A model generated the notes under the pieces. That model saw only the letters and a program-made list of their open reading frames with translations. It made no database searches and was not told the DNA's origin. Shown here one piece after another: positions 10,991 through 23,960 of a stretch of 64,000 bases of DNA; within the stretch, counting starts at the first letter, position 1, and every line of letters begins with the position of its first letter. Both the position numbers and the translations under genes were made by a program. Source of the stretch: Camelus dromedarius (lineage: Eukaryota); NCBI RefSeq assembly GCF_036321535.1, contig NC_087447.1, forward strand, positions 32,986,001 through 33,050,000, written 5' to 3'.

Positions 10991-13387
10991 GGAGAATTTT
11001 CAATGAACCCCGTGACAACTGGTTTTGCTGGTCTTTCCAGGAACTTGAAAAGCTTTAAGAAATTTACTCTTTCCATACTTTCCCACTGGCTTCTCTCTTC
11101 TCCTGCTAAAGATTGACTTTATTCACAAAGCTCTAATTCCTGCTTCTCTGTGAATTTAGTCTTCCTAACATCAACTCTGCTCCTAAAATTCCAGCAGCCA
11201 GTATAACATCACTGACTCAGCCTCTGCATCCTGCTTTGAAATGACTAGAAGACAGAATCCTAATGGCTCAACCTGTGTTCAGTGTCCCATTTTCACCCAG
11301 TAAGCATCTCTTTCTAGGTGTCAGAACTTAATATAGTAAAGGCCCACCATTCCTGGCTGTGGCCATGGGAAGACTTACCAAAAACCGGAGAACTGATGAA
11401 AAAAGAAAATAAAGGCAACTTTTAGCAGAAGGAATTAATTCAGGACAAGGGAAGATGCTGTGTCCATTTTGGACCAGGTCAAACTGAGAAATCAATTTCA
11501 GAGCAGCATGTGGATCTAGATTTTGGAAAGGCTTAGGTCCAGGCCTATAGACTGGTGCGTCATCTGCTTAGAGGTGATAATTGATGCTGCAGGGGAGCTA
11601 ATGAACATCCTAAGGAAGGAAATAGTACCTGAAGAGAATAGTTTGTTTGGCCAACTTTCTTAGAGCCCAGAATCTGATTTCTTGCACTGTCTTCACTGGA
11701 AACATTTCCATCGACCTCAGTTACCCCAGACCACAGACCTCTGTGTTCTGTGAGCACAGAACACAATGACATGTCTGAAATAATAAATACAAGACCAGAA
11801 AAAATAAAAACCCAGAATCCTGTTTCTTTTTTTGCAATAGTAAAAACGAAACTGCAAAAGACACTAATCAAAGCCAAGATAACCCTTTATTCCTTGCAAA
11901 ATTAGGTGAAGCCATCCACTTTAGCCATTGCTGGAACGCTAAGCAAGCCATCACTGAAACGTGTGACGGTAACACCGAGAGGAAGCATGAAGACAGAGAG
12001 CAGCAGGGACTGGTGCAGCAAGGTGGTGTGTATGACTAAACGAGAGCTTGGTGGGCCCAGGGGTCAATGGGTAGAAGAACCACACGGCCCTCAGAGATCT
12101 TGAGGCTCAAGGTCTTCATGGATAATTACCGGTAAACATATCTTCAAATGCAAGAACTCACTTGCCATCCCCCTGATCTAAGAGACGGAAGAGCAGAGCA
12201 GCTCTGGTTGCAGCAGGAGTGGAGGACTTAGAGTGGGCTACTGGGCTCCCATCCCATTCCTAGTGAGTAGCAAGGGGACACTGGGAAACCCTAAAGCTCC
12301 TCCAAGAAGCAGAATTTGAACATCACTGACAGAGACTGAACTCCTCAGGGCCACTGAGGAAAGTCCCCCAGAGACCCAGGGACAGATCCTAGCAGGAGTG
12401 CTGTGCTTCAGATAATACACTTTGGAGTTAAAAAAAAAAATCAAAAATAAAATGTTAATCCCATCTCTAGGCCATACAAGTTACACGGTGAGTGAGGAGG
12501 ATTGCCAAGCCTCGTCATTATTATTTCTATCTTCCATGAGGCCACTGTGATGATTTAGTAGCAAAAAGCATGACTCTGTGGTGCCTCGCACCACAGCCAG
12601 GCCGCAGGGAAGGGTCACCATCTTGGTCCTTGAACAAGTCACGGTGCCTTTTGTCTTAGATTTGACTGTAAGATGAAAAACTGGGAATAAGTGAATCCAA
12701 ATCAGACTTTCTAGAAGTCTGTAAAGCAGATCTGGAGAAGGTAAATCAGAAAATCCAAACTTGCTACAATTGCTCTTGTATGGACCACATACTCAAAAGT
12801 TCCTGATAAAGCCTTTGCACTGTGTTACCCCTGCTCCCTAAATTCTATATAAAAGCAAATGATTGAAGAACAGCAAGAACTAAGTCAATCAACCAGTTCA
12901 TTCAGAGTGTGTGACCCACTGCGGGTCAAGCAAAAGACAATGTGAGTATACAACAAATGCAGCAGGAAAATGTATTAAGATATTGCTTGCAATTTCTTCC
13001 TTGTATCTTCCCCCTTTCTCCTTCCAAGAGTAGCCAGGCTCGTTCTACACTTCAGGTCTGAGAAACAAAGTTGCTTGCAGGTCACATGTCTTCTGTGAAA
13101 ACTAAAGGTCAACAAGGAAATTGAACTAATACATTTGTGGGAGAAGCAGCCGTCCTTTTGACTGCAGAGGTGGGAACAGGGACAAGAGAGATCCTTCGCA
13201 GCACTGAGCAGAGGATGGGTGAGAATGCATTCCATAGGTGGTGGAAGCCTGTGTCCACTCATTCTCAGCACCCTACAAAACAGGCTGAGTGAGAACTGAC
13301 AGAAGTAGCTGAGTGGTGTGTCTAGCGAGACACGGCTCTCTCACCTTTCAAGAGATCCCCATTTTCTGTACCCAGCTAGACACTGGC

Positions 13388-13830
13388 TGTTTTTGAACAT
13401 CCAATATCTATTCCCCATTCTTTTGATAAAATTCTTGACTTTTAATTAGGGACCTCTCCCTCCCTCAGTCTCTGTTGTTCATAAAGATCTACCAGCACCA
13501 CCTAATTCAAACAGCACCATGAGAGCCAACTAAGGACCCATTTGTTGGAGGAGCTGAAGAGTTCTTCCATATTCACTAGGGGTAACCTACATGTAAAGAT
13601 AGGTACTTGGGGTGACAGGTGACCAACATTTCACCACGGGGCAAGAGCCTGTTGACAGTGAAACTAACCCACGAAGACAGACCTGAGAGAAAGAGAGATT
13701 CGTAATGTTATTTGAGCACCTTTATCTAGCTGTGCCCTGAGACGAGACTCCATCTTCTATTTCAATAATGTGGAAAACATTTCCCATTTTTCATTAAGGT
13801 AGGTTGGGTTGGATTTTTGTCACTTGTAAA
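13388..13830. mobile_element. MaLR LTR (MLT1I/J/K-like)
   Basis: atttgagcacctttatctagctgtgccctga...gttgggttggatttttgtcacttgtaa is typical of old MLT1 LTRs. Confidence 0.6.
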
Positions 13831-14429
13831 AGCCTCCAAATTTAAAAGCCCATGCGGGTTTAGACTATGAGCATCCCAGCACTGACAGCGTAGACTGTAT
13901 GGCATCCTCAAATGCTTTGTGCCCAGTGGGACCCTAAGATCTTCACAAGACTCTGGGAAGGACCCCTCTTCAATATGCTAAAGATTTAATTCCCACCAGT
14001 CTATGAAACAGGGGCTCAGAATAGGGTTATAATTTACTGCAATAAAAATAGAGTGTGTGGCTTTTTCTGTTCACCTGAATCTATGGAAAACAAATTAACA
14101 GCCATTTCAGCAGTAAAGTGTGTCCTCCACAGGAGGTCAGCTACCTCTTATTTGATCCTGTCCATGGCTTCCCTGCAGATATTGATAATTGAGCCACTGC
14201 TCAATTCTTCAGGCATCAGCCAATATCAATAGGGCCAGGTAACTCTTAGCTGCTCTCACCTTTGCAACATTATCCAATTAAAGAAAGAGTTGCAATGCTC
14301 AGCTCTATCTCAGGGTGACTTTAGGAGCAAATGAGAAGGGTCCAGAAACTTCAACAAGCTTCCCACGCTGTTGATGGAAGATTAAGAAAGACCTTTCAGA
14401 CATCCTCTTAAGTTAAAGAATTATACCTC

Positions 14430-15155
14430 ATTTTTCCATAGAAAACATGCAGATGGCCAACAGGCACATGAAAAGGTGCTTGCCATCACTACTTATCAGG
14501 GAGATGCACATCGAAACCACAATGAGATACGACCTCACACCCAACTGGAATGGCTATTATCAGAAACACAAGAAACAGGAAGTGTTGGCAAAGATATGAA
14601 GAAAAAGGAACCCTTGTGCACTGTTGGTGGGAATGTAAATTGGTGTAATCACCATGGAAACCAGAATGGAGGTTCCTCAAAAAACTAAGAATAGAACTAC
14701 CATATATGATCCTGCAATTATACTTCTGAGTATTTATCTGAAAACAATGAAATCACTAATTGTAAAGGATGCATGTACTCCCACGTTCACTGCAGCGTTA
14801 TTTATAGTAACCAAGATACGAAAGCAACTTAAGTGTCCATCAATAAATGAAGATGTTATCTTATATATACACACATATTTATACATACAAAGAACTAGTA
14901 GCCATAAAAAATAATGAAATCTTGCTATTTGTGGCAACATGGATGGGCCTGCAGGGTATTATGCTAAGTAAAATAAGTCCAATAAAGACAAATACCATAT
15001 GATTTCATGTATATGTGGAATCTAAACAATAAAACTAATGAACAAACAAAACAGAAATAGACTCACAGACACAGAGAACAAACTTGTGATTGCCCGAGGG
15101 GAAGAACGAAATAGGGGAAGGGGAATAAGAGGTACAAACTCACATCATAAGAGAT
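14430..15155 (+). mobile_element. L1 3' fragment (L1MA-like), frameshifted ORF2 C-terminus
   Basis: cagatggccaacaggcacatgaaaagg..., [12 protein letters not shown] and YDPAIILL remnants, then 3'UTR. Confidence 0.9.
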
Positions 15156-17299
15156 AAGGCCTGTTTATTCTTTGGTAGAGTGGGAGAGATCAAGGTACCA
15201 AAGACATCTTCTAGATTAAAAGGTGAATTTGTTTTCTAAACAAAAAAAGGAATGGCAATTTCCAGCAAGCATTAGTTAAGAGTACTCTGTAGTTCCAATT
15301 ATCCATGTTAATTCTGACTTTCTCGATCCCTGGTGAGCACACTTGGCAACCTGGTAATGGGGTGTGGCTACATTACAGGAATATCATGGATGCCACAGAA
15401 AATAATTTGTGGCATTGTCTGAGATCTCACCATCAGAACACCAGTATTTCATGCCATCATGAAACCATCAGTAACCTCCAGTAAAATGCAAATACTGTGG
15501 GAGGACCTCTTGCCTAAAGTCTCCAATACTTTCCTGCTTCAGAAAGTACAGGTTACTTTCTTCCCCCAGAAGGAAGAAGTCAAGGAAAGGAGGTGCAGAA
15601 AGTGTGGGTAGAGTCCAAAAAAGAATAGTTCTACGGTGGCGTGGTCAAACTCCACCTGCACACAAATGTTAGTAGGGAGGACACCAGGAAAGTCAGACGG
15701 AAACCCAAGCACGGCAACGGTCACTTGTCCACAGCTCGAAGAACTAACTCGAAGGCAAGCTGAATTATCTAAGCCAGCATCGGTTCTTTCAGACTCTGGC
15801 CATATATTTAAAGCTGATATCAGATTGGAGTATCTTTTCCAACATTTGAGTGGCAACCTCTTTCTGTTTAAGAAAGGAAATCAAAGGAGAGGGAGGGACA
15901 CCGTATCTAAAAATACGCTACATGCAAGGCACAGCTCTACACCTACATTACTGCATTTACGCCTCACTTTGAGCAGTGGAGGTTATTATCCCATTTTGTA
16001 GGATAAACACAGATGAAGGATCGCACAGTTATTGGCAGGTGGAGGCAGGACGCACACCCAGGATGCCTGAGGTGAACCTCACCCTCCTGCTCCAGCATAT
16101 GGCCTCCTGTAAGGTCAAAGGAGCTTCACGTCCTATGAACGGCGTTAAGTCAGAAAGGCTGCGTCTGCCTCGCTTTTCCCGACCACGCTCAGCATCCTTT
16201 TCCTTAACATTTTTCAGTGATGCCTGTTTCCACCAGCCAGTTAACAGCCTAACAGATTCCTGGCACAGTTCTGAGGTTGTAAACTAAGTCTGCCTCCAGC
16301 AGGAACTCAGAATAATTTTTTAGGTCAGTGTGCACTCTATGGGCAGCCTCACCACAGGGAATACTGTATAATTTACCTAAACTGCTGATGTTAGTGGGAC
16401 GCAGGACAAATACCTAACACCTGAGTGACAGCCCTTTGCGGTCCTCACTTGGACTCCAGTTTGCCAGCTAAGCGTTTTGCATTTAAGAATTTGGGCGAGG
16501 GGGAGAGATGCCAATTTACATTTGTCAAAGTAACAAAGGAAGTCTTCCCAACAGTCCCTTTTAATTGTCTGTCTTACACTGTACCCTGGACAGCTTTATG
16601 GTTTACACGTAACTTACATTACCTAAAATATATATTTTTCTTCCCCCTAAAAAGCTCTGGCTGAAGATCTTATATCGTCAATCCGATAAAAATCTTTTAC
16701 GTTTTCACTAAAAAGAGACTTTGTGTGTTCTATTAAGATTGCTTTATAGAAAGCAGTATTTCAGCTTTAACAGCCAACGCTACAGAAGGGGTTGTATAAC
16801 TTAAAGTAGAAGGAAAGGAACAGAGATTAAACGTGGTGCTTTTCTTTGCCGTATTCTTTCTATAGCTCTGTGACATTCAAAGACACACTGTGAAACTTGT
16901 CATCGTTGCCGTCACTGGTGTCTGAAATGTGTAATTTCCTGTTTGACTGACACGGGCCCTTTCAAAGTCAGTGTCTGTCTGTCTGTCTCCCTCCTCTAAC
17001 ATTCTCTGTCATCCTATGAGTGCGATGCCTCGTGTTCTGCCCTGAGATGTGGACAGGATCATTAGCTATGAAGCAAGTGGACGTACAAAGAAGAGCTGAA
17101 ATCAGAATAATCATGTAAGAAGGTAGATGCTAAAAGGTGATACATTAATGAAACTGAAAGTCTAATTTTTTTCTCTGTTTGTGGCACGGACAAGTCATAA
17201 GTACAAGCCAACTTAGCTTTCGAATATGATCTGCTGGCAGAGCAGAAGTGAAAGTTTCCCTCAACTCAGGAACTGAAGAGAGACGCAAAGGGCATCACA

Positions 17300-17620
17300 T
17301 GTTTGCTGACTTTAGAGATAACCTGAAACTGGTAGGACTGCGAGTCTACAGGCTGGCAGAATTAGGACCCAAAATGAACTCGGCAGCCGAGAGCTCGGAG
17401 TCAAATCCAAAAGGCGAATTTTAATGAGAATAAATTTAAGTTTCACCACTTAGCTACTAGGAAGCTGTTACATGGAAGGGGCCAGTTCCCTAATTGGTTC
17501 CAAGATGGCAAAATAGGACCGATAACTGAATTATAAGAAGGTAGGTTCCATCTGAAAATAGGAATGACTTTAAAAATGTGATAAAATGTGCTTCAGTGGG
17601 AGTGAGTTCCTTTCACAGGA
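17300..17620 (+). mobile_element. CR1/L3 LINE fossil
   Basis: Degenerate translation GRIRTQNELGS...FNENKFKFHHL resembles CR1 ORF2 RIQNDLDRL...FNRDKCKVLHLG. Confidence 0.6.
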
Positions 17621-18149
17621 AACAAACAAACAACAAACAACAACCATGACTAACAGATTAGAATGAGTTCATAAGAAAACAAACTTTGGATGGAGCATGG
17701 AGGATGGGGTGGGTATTTAAATAAGAAACAATCTGCAGCTGATCTCCAATCTTGAGAGTTTAGGAAGGATTTTGTGACCCAAACTGGAGTTTATTAAAGG
17801 TGACTTTCTTAAAGAAGTATGAAAATTAAGATTAAAAAAAGGAACGCAAAACTGGAATTTATTTCTAAGTAGTAGCCAATCACAGAGTAGTCTACCAGTA
17901 ATGTATACGGAAATAATCTTTTATATTTGCATAGATATTCTATTTGTGAATTGCTAAACCAGTTGGCAATGCTACATTGAAGTAGCTACTAAAAAGGAAT
18001 TGACTTGCCCACGGTAAGGGTGTTAGTTAGTAACGTTCTCTCCTTGAGTTACCACCACCATCTCTATCAATTTCCATCATCAGCATCTCCATTATCTTCC
18101 ATCAGCATCATAACTTGCACAGATGAGAGACATCGCAAAGTCTGAGACA

Positions 18150-18375
18150 GTACAGCGCAGTGTTATAAAATGCAGGCTCTGTAGCTAGATTTCCTAAATT
18201 TAAACCCTGGATCCGTCACATTCTTGGGTTATCTAATTACTCTTTGCCTCAGTTCCCTCACCTGTAAAATGGAGAAATTGGTTGTATGCATTTTGATGCT
18301 TAAATTAGTAAATACATGTAAAAACACTTAAATCTGCACCTGGTAAAGTTAGTGCTCAATAAATGTTAGCCACTC
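18150..18375 (+). mobile_element. MIR SINE
   Basis: ctttgcctcagttccctcacctgtaaaatggaga...gtgctcaataaatgttagc. Confidence 0.8.
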
Positions 18376-21300
18376 TTATTTTTACTTATTCTAAACATTC
18401 ACTTAGCCATTATTATTCCAATATTGAAGGAGAGGAAACTAAAATCCAAAGAAGTTATGAGACTTGCCCAATGATACACAATGGTAGGTGCTGAAATCAA
18501 ATTTAAAGGCATGTCTGCATCCCATCCTAAAACCCATGCTTTTCTTAACTATTTACCTTAAGTTCTACCAAATGGTGATACCTGAATACCATCACAATGA
18601 GACTGTCAACCACAAACAAAACTTGACAAAATGCCTAGTTACTAGCAATGAAACTAAACATCTGATTCAGTGTCTTAGCCAACCACCAATCATGAAGTGT
18701 CGTCCATCTGTAGATATACAACTGACCTGAAGTGGAGAGGTTCCATATTTCTGTGTCACCTCCCCAGTGTTTGATTTTCCTTGGGATGTTATAGCTCATT
18801 TCAAGAGAAGTCTTTGGAAATTCAACTGATTATATCTGCTTATACTTACATCTAAGCTTTTTGTTTCTTTTTAATAGATAAGTGTTTTCCTCAGCAACAG
18901 ACAAATCAGAACATTGTAATGACCATCCTGAGCAATATTTTTCACTGCAACTGAATCCCTGGATCACTGGGGAGTTGTTAGTTCCAATGTGTGCTACAAA
19001 AACCACTGACTGTAAGTTTCCTATTTAAAGTGTAAGGAATTGGAAGAAAAGAGAAATGGAGAAATGAGCACACAATGCAAGAATGGAATAGGAATCACCT
19101 TTTAAGCAGGAAAATATTAATACAAAGTAAAAACAAAAGTAGATTTTTACACACTATGTAAAATAACATAGAATTCAGTTTAGAGGTCATTAATTGAGCA
19201 TCTACCATATATACCAGACACTGTAAGGGTCAGGTGATTACTGGACAAAACCGACTCAAGTTTTGTTCTAATGAAATGCAGAGCTCCCTCCACACTTGCA
19301 GTATCATGCAATGTTGGCAGAAGTTTGATCTGATGCAGCTATTTTGAAAAAAAAAAATCTGGTAGGACTTCATCAAATAAAGTTTACATATGCATTTTAA
19401 CCCACCAGTCTCTCTTTTGGTCTGTGTACCTGGAAAATTCTCACAGTGACAATGTGACAATGAAGAGCTATTCATAGTAAACTTGCTTGTAGTTAAGGGG
19501 AATCGTGGCTGTCTGGGCTTTATTTTGGAGAGGAGATGTATGAGAAAAACACGATGGAAGCCTGCTGAGAATACTGCACGAGGCAGCATTGCCAGTCAGA
19601 GTGGACTTTAAACAGGGCAATCACTCGAAATCTCACATTTAAACAAAGATGCTGAGGTTTTTAAAGAGAGGGATCATGGCAAAATATATAGCATGATACC
19701 ATCTGAGTAAGTTGGAAATCAAAATGCAAAAGAAGAGAAGTTCATATTTAAAGGAAATACATTTAAGTAAAGAAACATCAGATGCATTAAATAGTTGTCT
19801 GTGGGGTAGAGTGAGGCATGAGAGCAGGGAGCAGTGAAAGATAGATGAGGTTGAGTAAACAAACAAGAGAGAGAACTTACAAGAACAGCATGATGGTGTA
19901 CGGCAAGTGAGAGATAATATTAACTCATCCTTCTGCATCTGAGCTTAATACGAATACGTATAACTCCAACCCACCTTTCAAACTAGATCGTCAGCTTTCC
20001 CAAGATGGTCCTGTAATTTCACACTGTAAAATTTTGTTCATGCCATTTTCTCTGTCTGGAATGCCATTTCTCTACTTTGAGCTGGATGTGTATGAATTAT
20101 TACTTAAAATGTTATCCAAGTGCCTATCATTCATGACAATTTGCTTGATTCTTCCTCCATTCCCCCCAAACAGAAATAATACCCATCTTCTAAAATCCTA
20201 CCAAAGCTCTTTATGACTCTTACACAGAATTTATCATTTTAAAGTCATGTATTAATAATTATCTAAGTGTCTCTCTCATCTCCCCTAGTAACTTAGAATC
20301 TGGATTTATTTTAATCATTTTTGTACATAGCAAGTAGTTAGTGGCAACTTATGGGCTAAGTGAATACACGTAAATTCTGCAACTCACAAGCGATCCTAGC
20401 TGCCAGGTCTTTATATCTCTTTGGTCTTTTCTTCAGAAATCCTTTGTTTCTAGGGATGAAGTCAGTTTCTGCTCTTATATCCAGCATTTTGAAACCAACA
20501 TTCATTTACTAAGTGAATCACATATGATTTTATAATTGTTTATATGTGAATGATTTAAGTAATTCCACATATATGGCGATTTCAGTAGCTGGTACTGGAA
20601 AATTCTTTAGAAAACATTTGCATCCAACACCTGCCCTCCCTACCCACCTTCTATAAGCTTAGTTCTCTACAGATAAAATTTTCTCCTTAGGAAAAATGTT
20701 ACACTGCAGGGGATCAGCAAGTTCACAGGGTATGGCTTATTCAATTACTGATGCTTTGATGACAAGCATTGGGGCAAAAATTCACTAACATGATGAAGGA
20801 GGGTTCATCATTAAGTATGTACAAGTGAAAACTGCCTCTGCCAAAATCTGCACCAGCATGCTCCTGGAAGTGAAGAAGGTACCAAAAAAGATATTTAAGA
20901 TCTGCATGAACTGACCTGGTCTTTCTAGGCTAGATGTCATCTCAGCCAGTGTTGTTTCTCTCCCCTCTGCCCCAATCAATAAATTCTCATAGTTGGTTGC
21001 TTTTGAAGATTGATGTTTCATTTTTATTTTTTCAGTCTCCTTCATCTTCGAGACTTCGATTAAGGTGTTATTTTCAGAGAGGCCAGTGTAATGTCTACTG
21101 ATGTCAAACAGGAGAATTATGCTCTTAGCATTTCATGCTTTTCAAAGTTCTGCATTGTAACATAACCTGCGATATTTCCCAGAGAGTGTTAAATAACGGA
21201 GGAATTACTGTTACTGGAATAACAGACGAGATTCCACTCCATCATGAAGAAATTTCTCCAGTCACTGATGCCATTTTACGGGGTGAAGTGAGCTCTAGAA

Positions 21301-22114
21301 ACTGAATGAGTCATTTAAGTAGAAGTTAGAAAGAAGTATTTCTTAAGTCTTTTGCCCCAGGGAACAGAAAAGGACTTTTTTCTTTCCATGTGTTTTATGT
21401 GGCCAAATATAGATTGAAAAGTTAGAAAGAATGGTCTTGTTACCAGTTCACTAAAATCATTTCATAATCTGCTTGATCTCTCCCAGAAGGGACACTTGAC
21501 TTTCCTAAATGTGATTAAGTTTCAATTCAAACCACCCTACTTTTATTACAAACAGAATTCTTCTCACCTCGAAATCTCATTCACCAGAAGCTCAAGGAAT
21601 TCTGATTAGTTTCAGAGAGGACAGATATGGAGAGGCTAAAGCAATCAGTCACCCCAGACGTCTCTTCTCACTGTTAATCTTCTGGAATTCCCTCCTCATA
21701 CCCTGCTCACTTTCCAGTAAAGCTCCCTGCATTTTTCCACTTCTTAGTGATTTTCAGCATACTTTTCATGAGGAATTTTACCATTCTAGCCTCTTCCAAA
21801 TAAAACTGTGAAGTGTATCTTAATTCTCTCCAACCCATCTAATGTCTTTTGTGTATACCTACACAAGGAGCCCTCAACGGCTCCAAACAAACCATCATCT
21901 GGGTCCTGTTAAAATCAGTGGCCTGGTAGCCTACATACAAGAAACTGGTCATTCTTGCTCCTTCTGAGTAAGGGAATTTCTAGCTGGAGGAAAGATACAA
22001 AAAAATTCAATGCATCTCCTTAACTAAACTGTAGACATCTGAATCTGCCAACATATATAAGCATTATCTCTTAAAGATATTAACACTTAAACATTAAAAC
22101 ACAGTGACTCAGCA

Positions 22115-22291
22115 GGGGAGGGTATAGCTCAAATGGCAGAGTGCATGCTTAGCATACATGAGATCCTGGGTTCAATCCCCAGTACCTCCTCTAAAAATAA
22201 ATAAACAAACCTAATTACTCCCCCCCCCAAAAAAAAGAAATAAAAAGAAAAATAAATAAAATTAAATTTAAAAATAAATTAAAAAAAAAAA
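22115..22291 (+). mobile_element. Camelid tRNA-derived SINE (Vic-1-like)
   Basis: ggggagggtatagctcaaatgg (A box)...gggttcaatccc (B box), then agtacctcc and an A-rich tail. Confidence 0.9.
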
Positions 22292-22659
22292 GTAGACTCT
22301 TAGAAGAGTCTGTTCTGGATGACAACAGCAGAGAATGACACTACCACATTACATAATTTTTGCCACATGTTAGTTACTGTGCCTGCCCTCCCAAAACCCA
22401 AAATCAATTAACCCAGGTACAAAACACTCCTCCTTTAAGATGATTTTGCACTTAAAATTGCAGAGTGAATTCTGCTCACATCTGTACTGTATGTAAGAAC
22501 AGCTCTGTCAATGAAAGTCTCAGAAGAATGCTTCTTTGCCTGTAACTCTAAAGAATAGACAAAATCTATACACACACGAGTTCTGCATATTATTTATGCC
22601 AATATTCTAAGACAGACTGCAACACAGTTGGGAAAAAATACAGATCTTAGCAACAGGAA

Positions 22660-22870
22660 ACCCTCAGTTTGAATTCCAGTTTCCCTGTGCTTATTAGCAT
22701 TTAACCTTAGGTGATTTTCTTACATTTCCTAGGCTTGTTTTCTTGATTGCAAATTGGAAATGAGAATCATGTCTAATCCTGTAGGAAAAGTGTGAGCATT
22801 AAAGGAGTTGACTATGTAAATTGCTTGGAACAACCTTGACACAGGCAAGGTACTCAAGTAGTTGACATCT
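22660..22870 (+). mobile_element. MIR SINE
   Basis: MIR core and 3' tail pattern. Confidence 0.6.
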
Positions 22871-23399
22871 TGCCCATGTATGTCTTTGCATATAGATGGT
22901 TTCCATTCTAATGGTTATCACTGTAATTTCATTCAGGCTGCTCTACTGTCCCCAGGCTGTGGTTGGATTGCATTCTGTTGACCATGCCACTGAAATCAGA
23001 CACACTCTTAAACACCCTGACCTGAGAGGGTGCCCTACTGTGAGCGGTACTACGGGGCAGGGTGTAAAATTACCCCGCAATCTTCCCAACTTCCCACCAC
23101 ACGAACACAGTCTACATTGCAAAGTTGAAGTCAACTACTTCGTAGACGCCTCTCTAAGGTTCCCCTCATATTCTATCATTCTTCCCATCATTTCCTGATC
23201 ATAACCTCACTAATCCATTATAGTATTTCTGTAAGATTCTATTTCATCTGTTCTACTAGAATATCAATTCATCTGAGGGTTAGAGCGAGTCTTACTTGTG
23301 TTTGTAATGACAACTATCTCATGGTGACTAAGTGCGTTGTGAATATCAGATGCACAACAAACACATTAGAAACTGCATGTTCTTTTTAAGATGAACTTA

Positions 23400-23960
23400 T
23401 TTCTGGAGTTACAAAGCTCTGCTCTTGTCTAAATAACTTGTTCATTAGCCATAGCATTTCTTTCAGCTTTACTATTTTCTATTTGGCATTAATTGTTTGC
23501 AGTTTAACTCCTATTTTTTCATGGAACAAAGTGTATTCAATCGTAAGTATCCTTCCCAATTTTAATTGTGCTCTACTGTGCCCAAAGCTATCAAAGTTTT
23601 GACCCCCAGGTCGTTCTGTATTATTCCTCAGTTCTCCCTGGTATTTGTAACTCCACTAAGGACCATCTGCAGATTTAATTAACTTGTTGAATCCTCCTTC
23701 TTCCAGATCATTAATGAAGTTGTTAAGTAAGTCTGAGCCCAGTGCTTATCTCTGTGGTATCTTGATGGTCCTTCAACCCCAATTATGTACTACATTTCCC
23801 TTTACCATTTCCTCTTATTTATATTCCCTTGGTCATTTCCTAAGCCACTGAAAGGCTCACTTCCAAATCATTTGAAATTATATTTCAAATGAAATTTCAT
23901 GTGAAATAGCTCTTGACGTTTTTTTTTTTTTTTAAACCTGATTTAACTATCCTTAGTGGA
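23400..23960 (-). mobile_element. CR1/L3 LINE reverse-transcriptase fossil
   Basis: Minus strand 23763-23655 translates KIPQR*ALGSDLLNNFINDLEEGGFNKLIKSADG, matching CR1 RT GVPQGSVLGPVLFNIFINDL...KFADD. Confidence 0.75.

Noticed and set aside
22115..22190. tRNA-like sequences (also 26667 and 40240-40310)
   Set aside because: SINE heads followed by A-rich tails, one with a clear TSD; not tRNA genes.
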